64,000 nucleotides of DNA, from the IMG/VR virus record IMGVR_UViG_3300010005_000040, one strand, 5' to 3'. Shown here one piece after another: positions 52,926 through 64,000 of this stretch. Both the position numbers and the translations under genes were made by a program. Numbering within the stretch: position 1 is the stretch's first letter; each line of letters starts with the position of its first letter. This stretch comes from a virus. The notes below the pieces were generated by a model that saw only the letters and a program-made list of their open reading frames with translations, was not told the DNA's origin and ran no database searches.

Positions 52926-54485
52926 GCTGGTACCTTCGAACTGGTGAGCATGGAGGTGAAAATGCTGATGTCGGTCTTGCGCTTCTGAATGGGTCGGAAG
53001 CCGCTTACATGGCCCATATGGCGCGGGTCGCATTCCGCGAACGAGAGAAACAATCCGTACACGTTGTCATCGTGGAAGCCGGCGATCGTATATTTCTCGC
53101 CCTTCCTGAACATGGGAAATCCCAGATCACCAATCTTCTTCTTGGCGTCTTTGATGCATTCGACTTCCATGCCGATGTGCCAGTGCGCGCTCACTGTGCC
53201 GCCCTCCTGGTTGTGGGGTTGCGGATGGCGGAGGCGATGACTTGGCCGGCACCGAGAGGTAGTCCGAACTTGAATAAGGTCAGCGCGATCTGTGCGCAGC
53301 GCTCGCGTTCTGTAAGGATGGCGAGCGCTATATGTCGAATGCCCGCGCTTTCCTTCGGCAGGGTTCCCCAGCACTCCGCTGCGGCTTGATCGATGTCTTC
53401 CGGGATGTCTGTCATGATGCGCTCACAGGAGGCTTGGGAAGGGCCGCACGAAGCTTTTCGCTATAGAGCCGGTATGGATCGAAACGGGTCAAAAGAGCGC
53501 GGTAATGATCCTGATACGTCACCAAATAGTAGTCGTTCCAAAGACGATTGGCGCTGACAACGGGGATCATCTTCATCCGGTGACGATAGGTCACTTCATT
53601 GCAATAAAGGCCCCAGATCAGCCAGACGGTGATTTGGACGAAAAGTGTGATGAACACGCCGGTGAGGATCATAGGATTGCTCCCGACAAGGTGAGAGGGG
53701 CAACAAACACGTTGCCGGGAGCGTCCGATGCTGGGAGGGAGGGCAGCATCAGATGGGAAGGGAATTCAGGCCAAGCGAACCACGCGATAGGCTCCTCGCC
53801 TTTGCCAAGCATCTCCCAGCGACCATCGTTTTCGTCGGGGATGAAGTGGCTGAGGACGACTTTGCCGCACTTGGTAGCGAGGATTACTCGAGCAGGAGCG
53901 AAGCGAGATGAGAAACGAGGCCCCTTTGGGGTCATCACCTTTAGCTCAACCATCTTGCCGCGAGGAGCTTGGGAAATGTCAGCGTTCCACATTACAGCGA
54001 CCCTCCCAGGTCGAAGTCAGCTATGGTGATCTTCGGGTAGGTGAATTGATCGTTGGCGGGCGTGGATCGGCCTATGGTTGCGCCGGCTTCGTTGCGGCCC
54101 GAAACTTTTCGTGAACTATAAGCAGAACTTACTCTGAAGAGCCCAGAACGCGCCCTTGATGCTGCACTGCGATTTGCCCCAGCCTCGCCTTGAGCCGGCT
54201 TCCGGCCTTGGGGGGAATTGTCATGGAGCATCTGCTGTCCGAACCGGCCATCATACCGGACGTTTTCTGCACCGGCCTTGCCGAGGCAGAGGACCTTGGA
54301 GACGGCAACTTTCGGTTCACCCTCTACGCCAGGCAGAAATCCATGCAGGATTATGCCGGAGCCTTCGATTACGTGATCGTTGCGCGGTTGATCATGCCCA
54401 CTGTCGCTGTCCACCAATCCATTCAGATGACCATGAAGGCCATGGGGGTGAGCTGCTGTGGAGCCGAGAGGCTGAGACTGGCGCA

Positions 54486-54839
54486 TTAGGCGGCCCTTCT
54501 CATTGCCAAAGCACCAAGGGCGCCACTGCGGAGTATTTTCACGCCAGACAGATCAACGGCATCTTCGATCGGTACGCCATTGCGAAGCTTCTCGATGAGG
54601 CGGGCCAGCATCAAGGAGCCGAAGAACCATTCCCCATGGGAGTGACTGTGCAAAAAGTAGGCGTGCAACTTCCGCTCAAGGCCGAGGCCGCCGCGAACAA
54701 ACGCTGCGACCTCAAGAGGAACCGGAGACGATTTCTCCAATTCCTTCAGGCGCTTCTCAACGTCGATCGTGCAGCCGATCTTGACGGGCCAGTCGGAACC
54801 CTTCGGCTTGATGAAGTAAACGTACTCGTAAGACCTCAT
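54486..54839 (-). CDS. GIY-YIG/T5orf172 protein (copy 2)
   Basis: Identical to 9380-9733. Confidence 0.8.
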   Translation of the reverse strand: MRSYEYVYFIKPKGSDWPVKIGCTIDVEKRLKELEKSSPVPLEVAAFVRGGLGLERKLHAYFLHSHSHGEWFFGSLMLARLIEKLRNGVPIEDAVDLSGVKILRSGALGALAMRRAA

Positions 54840-55045
54840 GACGCCACCTCGACCGATTGGTACCAGTCAGCGGCAGTGACCTTGCCGCCGGTCACTTCTT
54901 GGATCTTTTCCATGTACGCGCGGCGCGGGATGGCGCCGTTTTCCCATTTGTACACCATGCCCTTATGGGCACCGATCTGGCTGGCGAATGCCTCCAGGGA
55001 GAGCCTGCCGGCTTCTTCTCGGTATTGGGTAAGCGCGTGTTTCAT
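54836..55045 (-). CDS. cro: Cro-like repressor (copy 2)
   Basis: Identical to 9730-9939. Confidence 0.85.
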   Translation of the reverse strand: MKHALTQYREEAGRLSLEAFASQIGAHKGMVYKWENGAIPRRAYMEKIQEVTGGKVTAADWYQSVEVAS

Positions 55046-55149
55046 GATTTTCAGTTTCTATTATAGCAACCGCTACGTCAAGGGCCTCGCCCAAAAAAGT
55101 TTCTCTTTCAGGTAACGCGTGGATTTTTGCGGTGCACCATAATGGAAAC

Positions 55150-55488
55150 ATGCCGAAGCCGATTCAGATACGCCATCTCCAGCGCAAGCCCGCAAGGATC
55201 TACCTTGAGGAATGGCTCAAGCATCGCCATCTGACAGCAGAGCAGCTGGCCGGGCGCATGGAGACAAGCAAATCGGTTGTCTCGAAACTGATCAACGGTC
55301 GCCAGCGGTACAACCAGGATTGGCTTGAGCGCATTGCCTATGCTCTGGACTGCGAAGTTGCCGAACTGTACCGCCCGCCAATGGCGCCGACCGCGAATGA
55401 GCTTTTGGCCCGGATGCCGCCCGAAGTTCGCGAGACCGCGATCAATGTGCTGATCGACCTGGCTGGCGTGAGAAAAACCGGCTCTTGA
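55150..55488 (+). CDS. cI: CI-like repressor (copy 2)
   Basis: Identical to 10044-10382. Confidence 0.85.
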   Translation: MPKPIQIRHLQRKPARIYLEEWLKHRHLTAEQLAGRMETSKSVVSKLINGRQRYNQDWLERIAYALDCEVAELYRPPMAPTANELLARMPPEVRETAINVLIDLAGVRKTGS

Positions 55489-55505
55489 GACCTACTTATC
55501 TTACT

Positions 55506-55851
55506 TCCTTTAGGTTCTGACTGCTGGTGAGTTCGTTGTTTCGGGGCATAGGAGGACTAAGCCCCGTGCCCGAAGGCATCCGAGGTTAGCCCTATCCCCT
55601 ACACGATCCTGACTGCCGGAGCCGTCCGCCGCCTAGAGCCAGTTGGTCGTTTGCCAGCGCCAACTATCGACCGCACTATTTCGGCTCCCTGACTGGAACC
55701 GGCGACACCCCTTCGGTCTTTCGGAGTGGGGTTGCATCATGTCGCGCCCGGTGGTAATGCATAAGTCGTCACTTATAACGACCCCGGGTCCGCCACCGTC
55801 TTCAACCGTCCGGCACCCGTATTCAGAGCCCCAGCCTCATCAGCTGGGGTT
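55506..55851 (-). ncRNA. Candidate structured ncRNA (copy 2)
   Basis: Same as 10400-10745. Confidence 0.5.
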
Positions 55852-58140
55852 TCTGCTTTATAAGCCCATTCCTCACCCCTTGTCAAAATAAGTTTCTATT
55901 CGAGCAACAAAGCGGTTGACAGATTGGTTTCTGTTTGAGAAACTGCCCTCAACACCAGATGAGGAACACGGGCATGAACGCCAACCACACCAAGATCTCC
56001 TGCTTCGGAAACGACGGCCACGAATACGCCAAGGAATTCACCGGAGAGACGGCCGTCCTCGATGCCCTCAACTACTTCATGGCTCAGATGGACCGCAGCG
56101 AATGGGATCGCGTTCGTCAGCAGATCATCTTTGCCGGCGAGAACGCAATGAAGGTTGGCGACTGGCGGTCAGGCTTCGGCCCCGTCTTCCAATACCCAAA
56201 GGAACTGGCGGCCTAAACCGGGCCAGTCCCGAACGCCGGGGAGCAGCGCGTGACAGCTCGGAGAGACGGCACTGAAACGGGAAAAGTCTCATGTGCAACG
56301 CCTGCCATAATATGTGCTGCGGTTCAGATGAGTTCGGCGGTTGCGGCTGCGACGGTTGCGATGAACCGGACTGCTGGTCGGATGACGATGACTTCTTCGG
56401 CGACGATGACAGCGATTACCCCGACTACGACTGCGCCTGTTCGCGGCCTTCGGTATTCGAATGCGTCCAGACCTAAATCCCCCAACCCAGGAACAGGCAT
56501 ACGCCTTCCAAACAGAGGACTGAGAACATGGACGCCACCGCAGAACAGCCAATCCCATTCACGCAGTTCATGCGCCCGACAGGGCGGCCCATGCCAGTCA
56601 GCATCAAGCGACCGGATGATATCGCGACCAAAGCTTCGGCCATCATAGACGCTGGATACCGGTTCGAATGCGAGATGCTTACGACCGGCGATGTCAGCCT
56701 GACAGTTACCGATGACCATGGCGACTTGGAAATCGAAGTCGTTCCGAACGGGACCGATGTTCCTGCCGCAGTCGATCGCTTGGTTGAGCGCGCTTTCAAA
56801 TCTGCGCGCGCTCTCGATGTCCAAGCAGACCCAAATTGGGAGCGGTGCAGGGCGGCAACTGATTCATCAGTCGAGGTGAGCGAAGCCTTTGATCTCCTCA
56901 ACAAGATCACCGCAGCATATCGCTCCTAACCCCCTTCCCCGGCAGGCATACGCCTCCCCCTCCATACGGAGTAAGACAATGACACGCAGTTTCGAATGGC
57001 TCGAGAAGGGCGCGACACCTGACCTCGCTGACCTTGGAATGCGCATTGCTGCCTGCATCCGCAAACATGGCTACACCGAGCGTTCGTGGCTGACTGCCAG
57101 CATCAAGAGGCAAATCGCGCAGTTTGGTAGAGCGCGGGCCACGATGAATATCTCGCGCAATGCAGACGGCACATGGGCTTCAACCGAATGGAGGCCTGCA
57201 TGACCGCCCCCTTCCGCCATCCCTACACCAAGACAGCCTCATCCATGGCAACCACGCTGAGCAACATAGGTCGCCAGCGTCCTAAGCAGGAAGTGAGGGT
57301 CATCTGCACGGCATGCAGCGGATCGGTCCTAGGCCCTCGCTACGACGTGTTCGTGGCTGGCGATTACTACACCGTCCGCGAAATCACCCTCCAGCAGCTT
57401 CGGCAAGGCGTCACGCCGGCAGAACTTGAGCTGGAGCCGATCGATCCTGACCATGAGGATTTTGACTGATGGACGACGCCTTAACCCGCGCAACCAACTG
57501 GCTCGCAGACCACAGGCGCATCACCTGCCTGGGCCTCTATTTCGTTCTCAAGATGGATTTGCCGAGATGAACAAGGAACGCATTCTGAAACTGGCCGATG
57601 TCATAGAAAATGCGCCGCATCAGCCCATACCTCCTCGTGGTACGCCCAAGCGCAAATTAGCGGGCTTCAATATGTCAAATTGGCATTGCGGGACGGTCGG
57701 TTGCATCGCGGGGTGGGCAAGGGAGATTTTTGGCGAGGGGCCATATGATGCTCTAGATCTAGAGTTCTGGCAGGCGGATGCACTTTATGTCCCGCATGGG
57801 CCCACGCATGACATTCAGCCCCACCACGCCGCTGCTGTCCTTCGCCACCTAGCCGAAACCGGCAAAGTCGACTGGACGGTCCAGCCATGAACTCGGCTCA
57901 ACCCCTGCTCGATAGCAAGACAGCCGTGCGCCTGCCGTATCTCAGCCAGGCTCAGGCGGAATTCAGTCTCAGCCAGACCTTGCGCCGGCTTGCTCATGCT
58001 GCCCGCCGCGAAGCGCAAGCTTGGGAAGCGCAGGGCAAATACCAGAAATTCGCGGACGCGATGCTTGAGGGGCGCCGCTTATGGCGTGACGCCAAATGGC
58101 ATCTGGAGCGCGCAAAAATGAACCACGAAAGGGCAATTCG

Positions 58141-58860
58141 ATGATCGAAACCAGTGAGAGCATTGTAGCCCTGACCGCCGCAATCATCAAGGTTCAGGGC
58201 GGCATCAGCGGCGTCCACAAGAACGCCCAGAACGCCCATTTCCGCAGCAGCTACGCGACGCTGGAGAACGTCATCGACACGGCGCGTCCTGCTCTCCAAG
58301 AGGCAGGGATAGCCTTTGTCCAAGCGCCAGGACAAGTCGTTGACGGCTCTGTCGAAGTGACCACGATGCTGGTGCACTCGTCTGGCGAGTGGATGCGCTC
58401 CACATTGCATGTGCCGCTTGGGAAACGTGACCCGCAAGGCGTTGGCTCAGCGATCACTTATGGGTGCCGATACTCCCTCATGGCCATGCTCGGCCTGCCC
58501 CCGACCGACGACGACGGTGAGGCGGTAATGGAGCGTGAGGAGCCGCCGAAGCGCACGATCGGCATCAACCCCAAGACCGGGATGGCCACGGCCAACGCGC
58601 TGAAGAAGGACACCGGTCCCGACAACTGGAACGCGTTCCAGACCGAACTTGTCGAATGCGAGACGGTGCCAATGCTGACCAAGCTGGCGCTGAGCTGGTC
58701 ATCGATCGCCGAGCGCGACAAGTGGCCATCGCACTGGCGGGAACTCGCAAAAGAGGAACTGAACAAACGCAGAGAAGTCATCCTGAACGGCTTACCAGAC
58801 GATGATATCTTCCCAGGAGACCGCCCCTCTGGCGCTGTCGCCAACATGATGGCTGGCTGA
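58141..58860 (+). CDS. erf: ERF recombinase (copy 2)
   Basis: Identical to 13035-13754. Confidence 0.9.
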   Translation: MIETSESIVALTAAIIKVQGGISGVHKNAQNAHFRSSYATLENVIDTARPALQEAGIAFVQAPGQVVDGSVEVTTMLVHSSGEWMRSTLHVPLGKRDPQGVGSAITYGCRYSLMAMLGLPPTDDDGEAVMEREEPPKRTIGINPKTGMATANALKKDTGPDNWNAFQTELVECETVPMLTKLALSWSSIAERDKWPSHWRELAKEELNKRREVILNGLPDDDIFPGDRPSGAVANMMAG

Positions 58861-58865
58861 CCATT

Positions 58866-59435
58866 ATGGATGGGATTTGCTCTATCCAAGAATGTGGAAC
58901 GCCGGCAGTAGCGCGCGGATGGTGTGAGAACCATTACCGAAGATGGCTACGCAACGGTGATCCACTGAGCGGCAGGGTATCAAACGGCGAGCCAGAGCGG
59001 TTTTTGCGCGAAACGGTGTTCGTTTATGACGGCGATGAATGCCTGATTTGGCCGTTTGCGAAAAGTCATGGGCGACCGCGTATCCGTCGCGAATTTGTAA
59101 CTCGTGTTGTTTGTGAAGAGACAAACGGACCGCCGCCTACGCCAGATCATGAAGCCGCGCATTCTTGCGGAAACGGGCATCTGGCCTGCGTGACCAAACG
59201 CCATTTGGCTTGGAAGACACATGCCGAAAATATGGCGGACATGATCCAGCACGGCACCAGCACGCGGGGCGAAAAGCACCCAAACGCAAGGCTGACTGAT
59301 GGTGACGTGTCGGAGATACGGCGGCTGTCCTCCCACAATACGCAGCGCGAGATCGCGAAGCTTTACGGCATTTCACAATCTCACGTCGCCAACATCCAAT
59401 CCGGCACAAAACGAAATTCAGGAGACCAGAAATGA
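58866..59435 (+). CDS. HNH homing endonuclease (copy 2)
   Basis: Identical to 13760-14329. Confidence 0.88.
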   Translation: MDGICSIQECGTPAVARGWCENHYRRWLRNGDPLSGRVSNGEPERFLRETVFVYDGDECLIWPFAKSHGRPRIRREFVTRVVCEETNGPPPTPDHEAAHSCGNGHLACVTKRHLAWKTHAENMADMIQHGTSTRGEKHPNARLTDGDVSEIRRLSSHNTQREIAKLYGISQSHVANIQSGTKRNSGDQK

Positions 59436-59734
59436 GCACTTATCAAAAAAAGGACATGTCCGGCACGCTCTTTCGGAACGAACGGAAAGAGACCGACAGC
59501 CATCCTGATTGGGCCGGCTACATCATCATAAACGGCGTGGAACATTGGTTAAACGGCTGGGAAAAGCACGGCGCCAAAGGGCTGTTTTTCTCCCTCGCAG
59601 CCAAGCCCAAAGAGCAGCGCGCGCAAGAGATCAAGCAGGCCGCGAAACCTCGCTACGGCGATGACGACCAAGACAGGTCAGTTGGCGGCGGCTTCCATGA
59701 CAAGGAAATCCCGTTCGCCCCCGAGTTTCGATGA
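59432..59734 (+). CDS. SSB-like protein (copy 2)
   Basis: Identical to 14326-14628. Confidence 0.65.
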   Translation: MSTYQKKDMSGTLFRNERKETDSHPDWAGYIIINGVEHWLNGWEKHGAKGLFFSLAAKPKEQRAQEIKQAAKPRYGDDDQDRSVGGGFHDKEIPFAPEFR

Positions 59735-60270
59735 CAGCAAAGGGCGGTGGGGCTTCGGCTCTACCGCCCGGAAAGGCCAGGGACATGACCATTTCCAATA
59801 TGCCTATCTCAGAACAATTCCGCCTTGTCGCGAAGGAATGGGTTGAGGCCGATAGCGCAGCTCGCCTGCTAGAGGAAACCAAGACCGCAGTCCTTGCTCA
59901 ACGCATGAAGGCACTTGGCGATATGCCAGCGGCTCACTCGGAGCGTGAGGTAAAAGCCTCCCGTGAATGGGCGGATTTCATCGAAAAGATGACGCGGGCG
60001 CGGACCCAAGCCAACCTCAAAAAGGTCCAGCTTGAATACATCCGCATGCAGTTTTCCGAAGCCCAATCTTTCGAGGCCACGAAACGCGCGGAGATGAAGC
60101 TATGACCGCCCGCTTTTACTGGCGCCGTGCGCACCCAGTCCGCCTCCCCGACAAGGTAAACACCAAGCCTCATCAAGAACTTTGGGAAGCCTACCGCACA
60201 GAAAAGCTCAACAAGGAAATAGAACAGCTCATTGCGGCTGAACTGGACCGGGATTTTCGGAGAGCGTCAA

Positions 60271-60627
60271 ATGGCGCGCCGTGAGTTCACACGCAAGATC
60301 CGTCAAGCTGCAATCGCCAGAGCAGCCGGCAAATGTGAGAAGTGCACCGCCGCGCTCAAGCCTGGCGAGGCAGAGGTAGACCATATCCTGCCCGACATCT
60401 TGGGCGGCGAGCCGGTGCTGGCCAATGCTCGCGTGCTCTGCCGGCCATGCCATGCGGAAAAGACGGCAGACGATATCCGCCGCACCCGCAAGGCTGACAG
60501 GCAGCGCGACAAGGCCAGCGGCGCCGTGAGGCCGAAGCAGTCGATCCCCAGCCCTCCCAAGCAACCAAAGCCAGCGCCGAAGGCAATGCCGCCGCGCCGC
60601 AATCTGTTCATGAGGAGCCAAGCATAA
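60271..60627 (+). CDS. HNH endonuclease (copy 2)
   Basis: Identical to 15165-15521. Confidence 0.88.
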   Translation: MARREFTRKIRQAAIARAAGKCEKCTAALKPGEAEVDHILPDILGGEPVLANARVLCRPCHAEKTADDIRRTRKADRQRDKASGAVRPKQSIPSPPKQPKPAPKAMPPRRNLFMRSQA

Positions 60628-61587
60628 TGTTTTTGAACCGGTATCAAGACAGGCCGTCGACGCTCAAGGTTGACAACGAGATTACCTACAACGACCGCAA
60701 GGGCGCCGTCCATTCGCTCAATGAGTACAACATCACTGTCTGGCAGGACGGTGAGGTCACGGCGCAACGGAAATACTACGCCAAGAGCGACCCGAGCAGC
60801 ACGTTCCCGAACATGACGGTCAGCGACGGGTCCATAAATCTGCCGATCGATGACCTCGTTGAGTTCCTCTTGGCTCGCATTACCCCGGCTGAACTTGCCG
60901 AGGGCCTCATGGAGAACGACGAGGCGCGCGAGGCCCTGGTCTACAAGATGTCAGAGCGGTTCTCGTCGCCAACGTTTCTCGACGGAGACCGTCGCACCTT
61001 CCTTACGAAGGTTCAGCAGCAAGTCTACGCGGAAGCCATTGGCCGTGCCGTCGAGCGGCTGAACAAGGCCGAAGAAGCCCACCGTTCTCGTGATGACTAC
61101 TACCGTTGGAAGGCTGTTGAAACCGGCTACTACCGGTCGATCTACGAGTCATCGATGGCGCTTCTCGATGGCGACGAAGGCAGGAAGAAGGCCTTCACCG
61201 AGCGGTATCTGCACCCAGATAAGCTCGACGCACATATCAAGGACGGTCGAGATCCTGTCGTCAAGGAAAGCGTCGGGCCGCAGTGGCATGAGAGCCGCGA
61301 TTACTGGCGCAAGCGCCTTGAGGAGTATTTCCCGGAGCCAACGTCCGATCACGCTTCTCGTCTTCGCAGGAGCGCATCATGAGTGGAGAGACGAAGCTCA
61401 CGCCGAAGCAAGCTTACGATGAACGCAGGCGGCTCCGCAGGGAAAACGACCTCCGCCGCGAACAGCGCGCCGCTTCCCAGATGGATCACGAGGACGATGT
61501 TGACCAGCGTTTAACGCGCCTCCTCGCGGCCTTCGAACGCGTGGCCGATGTCCTCGAACTTTGGGCGGATCGGCAGGAGTCGAGCAC

Positions 61588-62358
61588 ATGACCCCGGATA
61601 TGCCAGCCATGGATGAGAAGGGACTGGATGCGTGCCCGTTTTGCGGTAGCGACGGCAAGCCGAGACTGTTCGACTTCGACGGCGAGCCATACGTCCCTGG
61701 CTACGAGGTGCGCTGTGACGCTTCCGGCTGGGACGGCATGGAAGAGCGAGGCTGCGGTGCAACATCTGGATGGGGCGAGACGCAGGCAGAAGCCATCGCC
61801 GCATGGAACCGTCGCGCTCTCGCGGCCACCGCTCGGGATGGAGACGGAGACACGGCCACTGAACAAGAGCTCCGCGATCTATTTAGCATGGAAGATGAAG
61901 ACGGCCCCCTTGAAGATGTGGTTGCGACACACAGCGGGGAATGGCGGCGTGAAGGCGATATTTGGCGGTGGCACCAAGGCGAAGAACTCGCCGTAGTTCG
62001 CGTCTCGTCCGACTGCGCCTCCCTCAAGGCTGTGCCAGAAGTGGAGGTGGTGAAGGCGGACACCCAACTAGTAGATGCCCTTTGCGCTATGCTCCGTCTG
62101 TTTGATGACAGGCATAACTTTGTCGAAGGGCCAACGCAGACCAAGGTAGCCATAAAGAATGCTCATAAAGCTCTGTGGCCTGATAGCAAAGTAACGGCGC
62201 CGAATCCATATGCCTATGAATATGGTAGGTCCAACGGAGACGGCACGTTCAGTGTTGTCATAGAGCGCGGCGAGCCAAACAGCCCCGTTTCTGATTGGCC
62301 GGTAAAGCCCCTCTTCGCCACCCCACAACCGGCACCAGACGCAGAGGTGAAGCCGTGA
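61588..62358 (+). CDS. Lar-like protein (copy 2)
   Basis: Identical to 16482-17252. Confidence 0.75.
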   Translation: MTPDMPAMDEKGLDACPFCGSDGKPRLFDFDGEPYVPGYEVRCDASGWDGMEERGCGATSGWGETQAEAIAAWNRRALAATARDGDGDTATEQELRDLFSMEDEDGPLEDVVATHSGEWRREGDIWRWHQGEELAVVRVSSDCASLKAVPEVEVVKADTQLVDALCAMLRLFDDRHNFVEGPTQTKVAIKNAHKALWPDSKVTAPNPYAYEYGRSNGDGTFSVVIERGEPNSPVSDWPVKPLFATPQPAPDAEVKP

Positions 62359-63086
62359 GTGCCTACTATAATGAATTTGACCCGTACGCCGCTGCTTGGC
62401 TGCGCAATCTCATTTCCGCTGGCCTGATCGCGCCTGGCGATGTTGACGACAGGAGCATCACCGATGTCCGACCGGACGACATCACCGGATACACCCAATG
62501 CCATTTCTTTGCCGGCATCGGCGGATGGTCCTATGCAGCTAGACTTGCTGGATGGCCTGATGAGCAGCCCCTATGGACCGGGAGCTGCCCTTGCCAGCCG
62601 TTCTCCGTCGCGGGGAAGCAGCTTGGGTTCACGGACCATCGCGACCTCTGGCCGGAATTCTGGCGCCTTATCGCCGAGCGAAAGCCTCCAGTTGTCTTTG
62701 GAGAGCAGGTTGCGAGCGCGCCTAAATGGATTGCGCGGTGTAAGCGTGACCTGGAAGCCATGGGCTACGCCGTGGGGGGCAATCCTATCAAGGCCAGAGC
62801 CGTTGGAGCCCATCACAGGCGCCCACGCTTCTGGTTTGTTGCCGACGCCGAGCGGTACGAGCAACCATGGCAAGAACCATGTGGCCGGCCGTCTAGACGA
62901 GTGGGGCGGCTCATCGAATCCTTTCCGTGGGACGAGCCTTGGGAAAGTGCATTGTCCCGCTTTCGAGCTATGGGTGATGGGGTTCCCCGAAGCGTGGGCG
63001 CAACAGATGCCGCTCGCAATGCCATCGTCCCGCAAGTCGCGGCGGAAGTGATCGGCGCCTACATGGATGCGAGGGCCGCAGCATGA
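62355..63086 (+). CDS. C5 methyltransferase alpha (copy 2)
   Basis: Identical to 17249-17980. Confidence 0.9.
   Translation: MSAYYNEFDPYAAAWLRNLISAGLIAPGDVDDRSITDVRPDDITGYTQCHFFAGIGGWSYAARLAGWPDEQPLWTGSCPCQPFSVAGKQLGFTDHRDLWPEFWRLIAERKPPVVFGEQVASAPKWIARCKRDLEAMGYAVGGNPIKARAVGAHHRRPRFWFVADAERYEQPWQEPCGRPSRRVGRLIESFPWDEPWESALSRFRAMGDGVPRSVGATDAARNAIVPQVAAEVIGAYMDARAAA
62464..63051 (+). CDS. Nested methyltransferase beta ORF (copy 2)
   Basis: Identical to 17358-17945. Confidence 0.72.
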   Translation: MSDRTTSPDTPNAISLPASADGPMQLDLLDGLMSSPYGPGAALASRSPSRGSSLGSRTIATSGRNSGALSPSESLQLSLESRLRARLNGLRGVSVTWKPWATPWGAILSRPEPLEPITGAHASGLLPTPSGTSNHGKNHVAGRLDEWGGSSNPFRGTSLGKVHCPAFELWVMGFPEAWAQQMPLAMPSSRKSRRK

Positions 63087-63877
63087 CCTCAATCTCTCTC
63101 CCCTCCGGTAAGATATCCGAGGCGATGGTCGAGGCGCTTCGGAACATTTCGCGCATTGCCAAGGACCGCACCGAAAATGCCCGGCATCGCGTCGACATCA
63201 TCATTGAAATCGCTGACGGCGCTCTCGGAGCACACCTCGCCGCTCTATCGGTACCCGCTCCAGGCACTGGAGGGGCGGACCACTTGATGCTTGAGCGGGC
63301 AAGGGACTGGATCGCGGACAACATTCGCGAAGGCGACATGGAGGGCTGCACGGTCCTTGGCTACTTGGCACAGTTCCTACACGGATCGGCCACCCCGCCA
63401 GCGGGAGATATGGGGGCGGTGAAGGTCAAGCCACATCTCTGGAAGGAAGACGTTGACACGCTTATCCGCGAACTCGCCGAGATGGATGACCGAACTTCGC
63501 CAGAAGACCGCCCCGAACACCTGCTCGTCACGACCAACGAGTTGCGGCAATTCGCCAGCGATGTGAGCGCGCTTTCCTCTACCCCTGTGAGGGAGATGGA
63601 CGGCTGGCAGCCAATCGAGACGGCGCCAAAGGACCAGGAAGTGCTCATTGCATACTGGCGTTGGCGCAACAGCATGTCGCCCGGCACAATTGTGGTGCAG
63701 TCCGCGAGCCTTACTGAACACCACGGCAAAGGCATTTGGTCGTGGGTTGTCAGCGACAACAAACACGGTCCGTTTCCTATTCGCGGATGGTGTGATGGCG
63801 ACCTGCTCGGCTGGCAACCGCTGCCAGAGTTCGAAGAAGGCCGCGCCGCTCTCGCTACTGTGGGAGGTCGGACATGA
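63083..63877 (+). CDS. DUF551-like mosaic protein (copy 2)
   Basis: Identical to 17977-18771. Confidence 0.7.
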   Translation: MTSISLPSGKISEAMVEALRNISRIAKDRTENARHRVDIIIEIADGALGAHLAALSVPAPGTGGADHLMLERARDWIADNIREGDMEGCTVLGYLAQFLHGSATPPAGDMGAVKVKPHLWKEDVDTLIRELAEMDDRTSPEDRPEHLLVTTNELRQFASDVSALSSTPVREMDGWQPIETAPKDQEVLIAYWRWRNSMSPGTIVVQSASLTEHHGKGIWSWVVSDNKHGPFPIRGWCDGDLLGWQPLPEFEEGRAALATVGGRT

Positions 63878-64000
63878 GCGACGACCAATTCCCGCAGACC
63901 TGGGTAACAAATGAAATACCGCCGCGCATGCTCAAGGTTAAGGGCGTGGCGTTGATGGACCGCGATTGCCTAGTGGCTGAGATCATAGGTGAAAAACATG

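Larger units (their letters stand above)
45107..64000. repeat. Second copy of positions 1-18894 (offset 45,106)
   Basis: Every ORF in 1-18894 recurs with identical translation at +45106; 45107 begins caggtcttgaccac like position 1 and 64000 ends gaaaaacatg like 18894. Confidence 0.98.

Overview
The window contains no host DNA. It is one complete 45,106-bp genome of a temperate podovirus-like phage, probably infecting Rhizobiales, followed by a re-read of its first 18,894 bp: 45107-64000 repeats 1-18894 and the junction falls seamlessly inside the portal gene. Layout: a lambdoid immunity region (cro/cI, 17-bp operators, pR/pL/pRM-like promoters); a leftward early operon (GIY-YIG, HNH, CII-like, RusA, adenine methyltransferase, short initiator-like protein, Q-like regulator); a rightward early operon (ERF, HNH, SSB-like, Lar, C5 methyltransferase, xis/int) running through an intact attP whose core is the 3' half of tRNA-Pro(CGG); and a long leftward late operon (terminase, portal, scaffold, capsid, tail/ejection proteins, SleB-type hydrolase, two receptor-binding proteins, lysis cassette). 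The three most unusual elements: (1) a translationally coupled cluster after the lysis genes encoding a secreted ClpP-fold protein, a minimal MotA/ExbB-like channel, an Asp-TM partner with a YfaP-like domain, two further membrane proteins and an HTH-metallophosphoesterase; (2) a roughly 345-nt, densely structured, ORF-free candidate ncRNA with its own promoter, sitting at the lambda rexAB position next to the left operator; (3) a C5 methyltransferase whose motif-IX subunit appears to be encoded in a nested +1 frame. All family assignments come from motif recognition by eye; no database searches were run. Several start codons were moved from the ORF track to ATGA/GTGA coupling points.
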